DNA from: Chlorobiota bacterium
Lineage (GTDB): Bacteria; Bacteroidota; Bacteroidia; Bacteroidales; JAADGE01
Assembly (NCBI GenBank): GCA_013152535.1
Contig: JAADGE010000051.1
Location: 70,735-134,734, forward strand
Length of the DNA stretch: 64,000 bases
Direction: 5' to 3'
Part shown: piece by piece, positions 29,854 to 36,191 of the stretch
How the letters are laid out: every line of letters starts with the position of its first letter
How positions within the stretch are numbered: position 1 is the first letter of the stretch
Made by a program: the position numbers and the translations under genes
The notes under the pieces: model-generated
Databases searched by the model: none
What the model was told of the DNA's origin: nothing
Seen by the model: the letters and a program-made list of their open reading frames with translations, nothing else

Positions 29854-30450
29854 ATGGAACAATTAAACTACCCTTTAAAATTTACTTTCAAAATCGGAAC
29901 ACTTGCAAATGATTTTACGGCAAAAGATGCTGATGGTCAAACAGTGGCTTATGTAAGAGCAAAACTTTTTAAACTTAAAGAAAAAGTTGTTGTTTATTCC
30001 GATGAGAAAAAAACATCCGAAAATTTTTATATTCAGGCAAATAAATGGCTGGATTTTAATACGGCATACAGTTTTACTACACCTGAAGGTGCAAATCTCG
30101 GGAAAGTTGCCCGAAAAGGTTGGAAATCATTATGGAAAGCGAAATATGAACTGTACGATGAAAACGACCAACAAGATTTAGTTATCGAAGAAGAAAATCC
30201 TTTTGCAAAAGTTATGGACTCAATGCTTTCGGAAGTTCCGATTCTCGGAATGCTGACAGGTTACTTGTTTAATCCGAAATATACGGTAAAACGACCCGAC
30301 GGAACTCTTGTTGCAAGAATTGCCAAAGAAAAATCATTCTTCGGAAGACGATTTTCAATTAATAAACTTGCCGAATTTGAATCCGGTGAAGAAACCAGAA
30401 TTTTACTCGGCGGTATGATGATGCTGTTGTTGGAAAGACGAAGAGGGTAA
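29854..30450 (+). CDS. Hypothetical protein, possibly tubby-like/LURP-one-related (scramblase-like) fold
   Basis: 198 aa with repeated beta-hairpin-like F.I......F.(I/A).D..G units and a hydrophobic C-terminal helix (ILLGGMMMLLLERRRG). The family assignment is tentative and from memory. Confidence 0.4.
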   Translation: MEQLNYPLKFTFKIGTLANDFTAKDADGQTVAYVRAKLFKLKEKVVVYSDEKKTSENFYIQANKWLDFNTAYSFTTPEGANLGKVARKGWKSLWKAKYELYDENDQQDLVIEEENPFAKVMDSMLSEVPILGMLTGYLFNPKYTVKRPDGTLVARIAKEKSFFGRRFSINKLAEFESGEETRILLGGMMMLLLERRRG

Positions 30451-30540
30451 TAATTTATACCGAACAGTATTACCGATATAATTGGAATATTGGTAATACT
30501 GTTATACAAATGTTAGCAACAATTAGAATAAAATTCAAAT

Positions 30541-31524
30541 ATGAAAATACTTATATCACTATTTCTGGCTTTATTTTCTATTATTAGTTTCAGTCAAAAT
30601 GATAATGAAAATTTAAAATTAGCTACTGCTTGTAAAGAAGTCAATAATCTTGATTCTACAAAGTTCCATTATGTCATTCGAGAGAAAGGGTCTAAAGTAT
30701 TTTATGTATTGAGAGATATTGATATTCAAAATTGTTATGAGATTTATGCTGTACCCATGGTTACATTGGCTGAAAAAGATAAATCTTTAAAAAATCTGCC
30801 TATTATTCAAGAAGGTAACTATGCTTACTGGGATAAGAAATTAGCTAAATGGATTATTAAATCAGGAGGTTTTCAAGACATAATTAATACCAACAAAAAT
30901 GAAAATTTAAAATTAGCAGCTGCATGTAAAGAAGTCAATAATCTTGATTCTACAAAGTTCCACTATGTAATTAGAGAAAGAGGGGCAAAAATATTTTTCG
31001 TTTTAAGAGAAATTGATGTTCAAAACTGCAATGAAGTTCATGCTGTTCCATTAATTACATTAGCTGAAAAAGATAAATCTTTAAAAAATTTACCCATTAT
31101 TCAAGAAGGTTACTATGCATTTTGGGATAATGCTATAAATAACTGGATAACAAAAAAAGGAAGTCTATCAGACATTATTGATTCAAATAGTAATGAAATA
31201 GACAATGCAAAATGTAAAGATATGCATTTTGGGAAATACAAATATTTGGATAATCCTGATACAACTTCATATGTAATAAGAGAGGGAAATAGTCATATTG
31301 AGTATTATGAGAATGATAAATACTTTGGAAAATTCGAGATTGAATGGTTGACTGATTGTGCATATGAATTAACTTTTATTGAGTCTAATGATCCAAATGT
31401 TACGTTCTTATCAAAGGGCGATAAAATGAATGTAACAATTTATAATGTGACTGTTAATGGTTATGAGTATATTGCTAAATTGAATGGGAGAACTATCAGG
31501 GGAAAATACTTAAAAATATATTAA
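30541..31524 (+). CDS. Secreted protein with two tandem 98-aa repeats plus a distinct Cys-containing C-terminal domain
   Basis: Signal peptide (LFLALFSIISFSQ). Residues ~22-119 and ~120-217 are near-duplicates (NENLKLA(T/A)ACKEVNNLDSTKFHYVIRE...LAEKDKSLKNLPIIQEG.YA.WD). The C-terminal ~100 aa are unrelated. Confidence 0.55.
   Translation: MKILISLFLALFSIISFSQNDNENLKLATACKEVNNLDSTKFHYVIREKGSKVFYVLRDIDIQNCYEIYAVPMVTLAEKDKSLKNLPIIQEGNYAYWDKKLAKWIIKSGGFQDIINTNKNENLKLAAACKEVNNLDSTKFHYVIRERGAKIFFVLREIDVQNCNEVHAVPLITLAEKDKSLKNLPIIQEGYYAFWDNAINNWITKKGSLSDIIDSNSNEIDNAKCKDMHFGKYKYLDNPDTTSYVIREGNSHIEYYENDKYFGKFEIEWLTDCAYELTFIESNDPNVTFLSKGDKMNVTIYNVTVNGYEYIAKLNGRTIRGKYLKIY
30604..31191 (+). repeat. Intragenic tandem duplication, 2 x 294 bp
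   Basis: The unit at 30604 recurs at 30898 (period 294 bp, in frame). There are only 4 mismatches in the first 71 nt, and blocks such as gctgaaaaagataaatctttaaaaaat are identical. Divergence is higher in the middle and at the end of the unit. Confidence 0.85.
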
Positions 31525-32112
31525 AAGTTGCTAACAAGTAACTAAAAGTCATGCGGTAGTTGCATATTGAAAAGTAAGAGCAAAAAATTAGCACCGCCAA
31601 GTTTTTAATTTGGCTTTAAAATAACTAAAATTGTAAATCAAAAATTGGCTCACAGCAAAACGGAAAGATATTTATTCAATTTCCGCACGCCGTTTAGTCA
31701 ATCGTTGCCAGTAATAGCCAAACGAAAGAATCAAAAAATATTTACAGATTTCTTAAAATTCTTATTGTTATTCGAGTATAATGATACAAGGAGAACATAT
31801 TAGCGGACCATTAATTACATTTGTGTTTTTAGGAATATTCGATAATAATTTAATCATTGCACCTATTTCAGTATTGATTATTTTGACTATAATTACATAT
31901 ATTTATTCTGCGATTAAACCTCTTAAAAAAATAATTTCATTTTATTTATTATCAGAGATATAATCTTACATATTCCTTTATTCGGTCATATTTATACATC
32001 ATATAACAAAATATCTTTTTCTAATAATAAATTATTTTACTACACTAATAGTTTTTGTCATTGCATATGGAATAGTAATTTATAAAATATTTAAAGAAAA
32101 AACACAACAAAG

Positions 32113-32127
32113 TTACCATTTTGGTAA
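32113..32127. promoter_or_regulatory. Palindromic candidate HigA operator
   Basis: TTACCA-ttt-TGGTAA is a perfect inverted repeat 10 nt upstream of the -7 box of higBA. Confidence 0.35.
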
Positions 32128-32136
32128 TTTTTGTAT

Positions 32137-32144
32137 TATATTTG
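32137..32144 (+). promoter_or_regulatory. Bacteroidota -7 promoter box for higBA
   Basis: TATATTTG lies 14 nt upstream of the GTG start at 32159. Confidence 0.4.
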
Positions 32145-32158
32145 CATAAAAAAAGAAA

Positions 32159-32452
32159 GTGAGAATAATTGCAAAAGGAACATTAAGAAGGTTTTGGGCA
32201 AAACACAAAGATTGTGAAGAACAATTAAAATCTTGGTATAGCGAGGTTAGTAAAATTAATTGGAGCAATCCGAATGAATTAAAGGAAGAATATCCAAGTG
32301 CAAGTATTTTAGAAGATAACAGAATTGTTTTTAATATAAAAGGTAATAATTATCGACTGATTGTAAAAATAAACTATGAATACAAAATAATGTGGATCAG
32401 ATTTATCGGAACTCACGGAGAATATGATAAAATAAATGCAGATAAAATATAG
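32159..32452 (+). CDS. higB: Type II toxin HigB (RelE-fold mRNA interferase)
   Basis: 97 aa. The pattern FNIKGNNYRLIVKINYEYKIMWIRFIGTHGEYDKI matches the HigB_toxin family (compare E. coli YgjN ...FNVGGNELRVVAMV...IREVMTHKEYD). Toxin-first gene order. GTG start. Confidence 0.85.
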   Translation: MRIIAKGTLRRFWAKHKDCEEQLKSWYSEVSKINWSNPNELKEEYPSASILEDNRIVFNIKGNNYRLIVKINYEYKIMWIRFIGTHGEYDKINADKI

Positions 32453-32456
32453 AATT

Positions 32457-32813
32457 ATGAATATACATCCTATAAAAACAGAAAAAGATTACGAAAAAGC
32501 TCTTGAAAGATTAGAGCAAATTTTTGACGCGAAACAAGGAACAAAAGAAGGCGACGAATTAGAAATATTATCAATCTTGATTGAAAAATATGAGGATGAG
32601 CATTTTCCAATTGATTTACCTGACCCTATTGAAGCTATAAAGTTTAGAATGGAACAGCTTGGAATGAAACAAAACGATTTAACAGAAGTTATTGGATTTA
32701 AAAGTCGTGTAAGTGAAATTCTGAATAAGAAAAGAAAATTAACACTTGAAATGATAAGAAACCTTAATGAAGATTTAAGTATTCCGACAAATGTGTTAAT
32801 TCAAAAATATTAA
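32457..32813 (+). CDS. higA: Antitoxin HigA (C-terminal HTH, Xre-like)
   Basis: Start at the ATG at 32457 (MNIHPIKTEKDYEKALERLEQIF). The N-terminal helical part is followed by the HTH GMKQNDLTEVIGFKSRVSEILNKKRKLTLEMIRNL. It begins 5 nt after the higB stop. Confidence 0.85.
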   Translation: MNIHPIKTEKDYEKALERLEQIFDAKQGTKEGDELEILSILIEKYEDEHFPIDLPDPIEAIKFRMEQLGMKQNDLTEVIGFKSRVSEILNKKRKLTLEMIRNLNEDLSIPTNVLIQKY

Positions 32814-32956
32814 CTGGTCGTAACAACGTGTATAAAAACATTATAGAAATTGTTGATTTTATATACTGCACAGAAAAAAGGTTTTACTTTTGTAATAAAT
32901 CTTTGTGAGAAACAATTGTAATTTGCGGAAAAAATGAAAGATTATTAAAAAAGTTG

Positions 32957-32964
32957 TAAATTTG
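32957..32964 (+). promoter_or_regulatory. Bacteroidota -7 promoter box (leaderless transcript implied)
   Basis: TAAATTTG ends 4 nt before the ATG at 32969. Confidence 0.35.
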
Positions 32965-32968
32965 TAGT

Positions 32969-33202
32969 ATGGAAGTGAATATTCAAAATATTAAGATTGA
33001 ATTAATTCAGAGATTAACTACATTGGATGATAATTCAATAATTCAGAAAATACTTGATTTACGGAAAAGTCAAATAAAAGATTGGCGGTCTGAAATTTCA
33101 GAAGCTGAAAAAAATTCAATTAAAAAAGGAATATATGACGCAGATAACGGCAAGTTAAATTCTCATTCCGAAGTAAGAAAGATATATGAAAAATGGTTAT
33201 AG
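32969..33202 (+). CDS. Putative antitoxin of a ParE/RelE-type module
   Basis: 77 aa and helical, with a C-terminal ...GI.DADNGKLNSHSEVRKIYEKWL. It overlaps the start (33186) of the decayed ParE/RelE-like toxin by 17 nt, the classic antitoxin-first arrangement. Confidence 0.5.
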   Translation: MEVNIQNIKIELIQRLTTLDDNSIIQKILDLRKSQIKDWRSEISEAEKNSIKKGIYDADNGKLNSHSEVRKIYEKWL

Positions 33203-33487
33203 AATTAAATGGACTGATAATGCTTTATCTAAATTAAAAGTAACTTTTGAATATATTGAAAAAAATCGGACAGAAAAAGAATTATGAAAACTGTCTGATG
33301 AAATTGAAAGAACAGTAAATTTGATTTCTGATAATCCAAAATTATTTCCGATAACAAAAGGCAGAAATGTAAGAAAAGCAGTTGTTAAGAAACTGAATAC
33401 CTTGTATTATAGAGAAAAAGAAAATAAAAGAATTGAAATATTATCTTTTTTTCAAACAGACAAAATCCTGATAAAAGACAGATATAA
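33186..33487 (+). pseudogene. ParE/RelE-family toxin pseudogene (in-frame TGA plus 1-nt frameshift)
   Basis: Reads MKNGYRIKWTDNALSKLKVTFEYIEKNRTEKEL*KLSDEIERTVNLISDNPKLFPITKGRNVRKAVVKKLNTLYYREKENKRIEILSFF. The TGA is at 33285-33287. After the T7 run (33446-33452) the family-typical tail SNRQNPDKRQI* is found only in the +1 frame (stop at 33485-33487). Confidence 0.7.
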
Positions 33488-33497
33488 TAAAGGAAAA

Positions 33498-33744
33498 ACA
33501 AATAATTTGTATTTTTGGAGAAACAGAAATTGATTGCATTTTTGAAGAAAAAGGTCAGATTAATGCCCTTGAAATAAAATCATCGGCAACATATAAACCT
33601 GAATTTTTTAAAAATTTGGGATATTGGAATAAAATTTCAAATAATAAAGAAGATTTTTCTTTTTTAATTTATACCGGTGAAATTATGCAAAAAACCAAGT
33701 CCGGAAATTTGATTCCGTGGAAAAACATTCGGAATATATAATTA
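33498..33744 (+). pseudogene. 3' remnant of an AAA-ATPase/DUF4143-type gene
   Basis: NNLYFWRNRN (frame 0) then, after a frame change, ETEIDCIFEEKGQINALEIKSSATYKPEFFKNLGYWNKI... up to the TAA at 33742-33744. This resembles the C-terminal (Y.wR....EIDfi.....aiEiKs....) end of COG1373-type ATPases. No N-terminal P-loop part is present. Confidence 0.45.
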
Positions 33745-33870
33745 AAATTCGGAGTTTTGATTTATAACTTTTAATACTGTCGTAACACGAAAAAAAACTT
33801 AAATTTTAACAATAACAGAGTTTGTCCTCAGAACATTATAAAATAAACTTGCAGCGGCATAAAAAAATCC

Positions 33871-33878
33871 TACCTTTG
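33871..33878 (+). promoter_or_regulatory. Bacteroidota -7 promoter box for the helicase gene
   Basis: TACCTTTG lies 23 nt upstream of the ATG at 33902. A TTG at 33849-33851 is about 19 nt upstream (candidate -33). Confidence 0.4.
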
Positions 33879-33901
33879 CCGAATTATTCCAAAATTATTT
33901 C

Positions 33902-35599
33902 ATGCAAACATTTGAAGAGACGGGAATTAACCCGCAAATTATAAAAGCCGTGTCGGAACTTGGCTTTGAAAAGCCGACACCTATTCAAGAATTAACAATT
34001 CCTTATTTATTAGAGAAAAAGAAAGATTTAGTTGCACTGGCACAAACCGGAACCGGAAAAACTGCGGCTTTCGGTTTACCGATTTTAAATCAAATTGACT
34101 TAAACTCAAAAACAACACAAGCTTTAATTCTTTCTCCCACAAGAGAATTATGTATTCAAATCAGTAATGACATAAAATCCTATTCAAAATATTTGAAGAA
34201 TATAAGAATAGGAACAGTTTACGGCGGAGCAAGTGCCGATAAACAAATTGCAGAGTTGAATAAAGGTTGCCAGATTGTGGTAGGAACGCCCGGACGTGTT
34301 TTAGATTTAAAAAAACGAAAAAAGTTAAAAGTCAACAACATTAACTATATGGTTCTGGATGAGGCAGATGAAATGCTTGACATGGGCTTTAAAGATGATT
34401 TGGATGCGATATTGGAAACAACGCCCGAAGACAAACAAACTTTGCTTTTTTCGGCAACTATGCCCGCTGAAATTTCAAAAATCGCAAAAAGATATATGAA
34501 TGATGCCGATGAGATTTCGGTAGGTGAAAAAAACAGCGGTGCCGAAAATGTCAATCACCATTATTATTTAACAAAAGCCAAAGATCGTTTTAAAGCATTG
34601 AAACGAATTTTAGATTCGCATCCGAATATTTACAGCATTGTTTTTTGCAGAACTCGAAGAGATACCAAAGAAGTTGCCGATAAATTGATTGAAAACGGTT
34701 ATAATGCCGAAGCACTTCACGGAGATTTATCGCAGGCACAGAGAGATTATGTAATGAACCGTTTTAGAGTAAAACATTTACAAATTTTAGTTGCTACGGA
34801 TGTTGCTGCCAGAGGATTGGATGTTAACGATTTAACTCATGTTATAAATTACAACATTCCGGAAGAACCGAAAATTTATATCCATCGAAGCGGAAGAACC
34901 GGGCGTGCGGGAAAAACAGGAATTTCCGTTTCATTAATTCACTCCAGAGAACTTTTCAGGTTAAGAGATATAGAAAAAAAACTAGGTAAGAAAATTATCA
35001 AAAAATCTATTCCGAGCGGGAAAGAAATTTGCGAACGACAACTTTTTAATCTGATTGATAAAGTTGAAAAAATTGAGATTGATCATGCTCAAATAGACCC
35101 TTTTACGGATGTAATCTATAAAAAATTAAGCTGGTTAAGTCGTGAAGAACTGATAAATCATTTTGTTTCGGTTGAATTTAATCGCTTTTTGTCTTATTAT
35201 AAAGATGCTCCGGATTTGAATATTGATGAAAATGCTTCAGACAGAAATGAAGGTAAACGAAGTAAAAACAGAAGAGATAAAGGCGACTTTTCAAGATTTT
35301 TTATTAATCTCGGTTCAAAGAAAAAAGTTTCACCGGTAAAATTAATCGGTTTAATTAATGATCAAACTCAAATGCGTGATATTAATATCGGGAAAATTGA
35401 TATTTTGGACAGTTTTTCATTTTTTGAAGTTGAAAGTAAATATGAAGAAGAAATTTTAAAGGCTTTTACCGACTGTAAATATAAAGGAATGAATGTTTCT
35501 GTTGAACTTTCAAAAGAGAAGAAAACATCAAAAAACGGAGGAGCACGAAAGAAAAATTATTCAAAAGGAAAACCTGACAGAAGAAAAAGAAAACGATAA
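33902..35599 (+). CDS. deaD: DEAD-box ATP-dependent RNA helicase with a DbpA-type C-terminal RNA-binding domain and basic tail
   Basis: Q motif (FEKPTPIQ), motif I AQTGTGKT, Ia PTRELC, II DEAD, III SAT, V ATDVAARGLD and VI HRSGRTGRAG. C-terminal RFFINLGSKKKVSPVKLIGLI... plus a Lys/Arg-rich end. Confidence 0.92.
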   Translation: MQTFEETGINPQIIKAVSELGFEKPTPIQELTIPYLLEKKKDLVALAQTGTGKTAAFGLPILNQIDLNSKTTQALILSPTRELCIQISNDIKSYSKYLKNIRIGTVYGGASADKQIAELNKGCQIVVGTPGRVLDLKKRKKLKVNNINYMVLDEADEMLDMGFKDDLDAILETTPEDKQTLLFSATMPAEISKIAKRYMNDADEISVGEKNSGAENVNHHYYLTKAKDRFKALKRILDSHPNIYSIVFCRTRRDTKEVADKLIENGYNAEALHGDLSQAQRDYVMNRFRVKHLQILVATDVAARGLDVNDLTHVINYNIPEEPKIYIHRSGRTGRAGKTGISVSLIHSRELFRLRDIEKKLGKKIIKKSIPSGKEICERQLFNLIDKVEKIEIDHAQIDPFTDVIYKKLSWLSREELINHFVSVEFNRFLSYYKDAPDLNIDENASDRNEGKRSKNRRDKGDFSRFFINLGSKKKVSPVKLIGLINDQTQMRDINIGKIDILDSFSFFEVESKYEEEILKAFTDCKYKGMNVSVELSKEKKTSKNGGARKKNYSKGKPDRRKRKR

Positions 35600-35622
35600 T
35601 TTATCGAAATAATATAAAATAC

Positions 35623-35667
35623 AACGGATAGTTTCTAATTAAATTTCTGAAATTATCCGTTTTTTTT
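35623..35667 (+). terminator. Rho-independent terminator after the helicase gene
   Basis: AACGGATA (35623-35630) pairs with TATCCGTT (35654-35661) and is followed by a T-run to 35667. Confidence 0.6.
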
Positions 35668-35703
35668 ATTAAAAAATTACCGAAATATACCTAAATTGCA
35701 GCT

Positions 35704-35711
35704 TAAATTTG
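35704..35711 (+). promoter_or_regulatory. Bacteroidota -7 promoter box for rlmH
   Basis: TAAATTTG overlaps the track's TTG start (35709). The GTG at 35718 (giving MKLSLFFIGK) is therefore the more likely start. Confidence 0.35.
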
Positions 35712-36191
35712 CAAAAAGTGAAATTGTCATTATTTTTTATCGGAAAAACATCTTTTGAATATATTGATAAAGGGATTGCAGAATACGAAAAAAGAATAAA
35801 ACGCTATATTAATTTTGAAATAAAGATAATAAAAGATATAAAAACAGGAAAGAACATGCCGCCTAAAATTATAAAACAAAAAGAAGGCGAACAATTATTT
35901 AAGCAAGTAAATGATAATGATATTTTAATTTTAGCAGACGAAAAAGGAAAAGAATATACATCAAGAGAATTCGCAAAATTTATTGATAATAAGATTGTTA
36001 CGGGAGCGAAACATGTAATTTTTGTGATAGGCGGAGCATATGGATTTTCGGAAGAGGTTTATAAACGTGCAAACGGAAAAGTATCATTATCAAAAATGAC
36101 CTTTTCACATCAGCCGATTCGCGTGCTTTTTGCAGAACAATTATACCGAGCATTTACTATCATTAAAGGAGAACCCTACCACAATGATTAA
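35709..36191 (+). CDS. rlmH: 23S rRNA (pseudouridine1915-N3)-methyltransferase
   Basis: SPOUT family. FFIGKT...Y.KRI, LDEKGKE(Y)TS.EFA, FVIGGAYGFSEEV and SLSKMTFSHQ..R.LF.EQLYRA. The true start is possibly the GTG at 35718. Confidence 0.9.
   Translation: MQKVKLSLFFIGKTSFEYIDKGIAEYEKRIKRYINFEIKIIKDIKTGKNMPPKIIKQKEGEQLFKQVNDNDILILADEKGKEYTSREFAKFIDNKIVTGAKHVIFVIGGAYGFSEEVYKRANGKVSLSKMTFSHQPIRVLFAEQLYRAFTIIKGEPYHND

Larger units (their letters stand above)
31781..32149 (+). pseudogene. Possible small multi-TM membrane protein gene interrupted by one in-frame TAA
   Basis: A 60-codon ORF (31781..31963) is followed in the same frame by 61 more sense codons (SYIFLYSVIFIHH...VFVIAYGIVIYKIFKEK...) up to the TAA at 32147. 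The second part has no ATG. Two long open stretches in one frame are unlikely in such AT-rich DNA. Confidence 0.3.

Noticed and set aside
31525-31780. Relatively G+C-richer non-coding stretch after the repeat-protein gene, with small stems (GCCAA/TTGGC, CGGAAA/TTTCCG) that could be an ncRNA or a gene remnant.
   Set aside because: I could fold no tRNA-like cloverleaf and recognised no known riboswitch or RNA motif. Six-frame reading gives only short peptides (for example ...YYWQRLTKRRAEIE* on the minus strand) with no start. Left unassigned; a covariance-model scan (Rfam) would settle it.
33285-33287. In-frame TGA in the ParE-like gene as evidence for a reassigned genetic code (TGA = Trp/Gly) or selenocysteine.
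   Set aside because: TGA clearly terminates other genes here (for example the FecR stop at 20258-20260), and all long housekeeping ORFs are intact under code 11. No SECIS-like hairpin follows, and the same gene also carries a frameshift, so decay is the simpler reading.
29854-33790. Sedentary integron / attC cassette array, suggested by small same-strand genes, TA modules and post-gene hairpins.
   Set aside because: No intI-type integrase is present. The hairpins are ~40 bp simple stems, not 60-140-bp attC structures. The sequences ending in AAC or starting with GTT (TCGTAAC, GTTATAC, GTTAGCA) do not fit the RYYYAAC / GTTRRRY cores.
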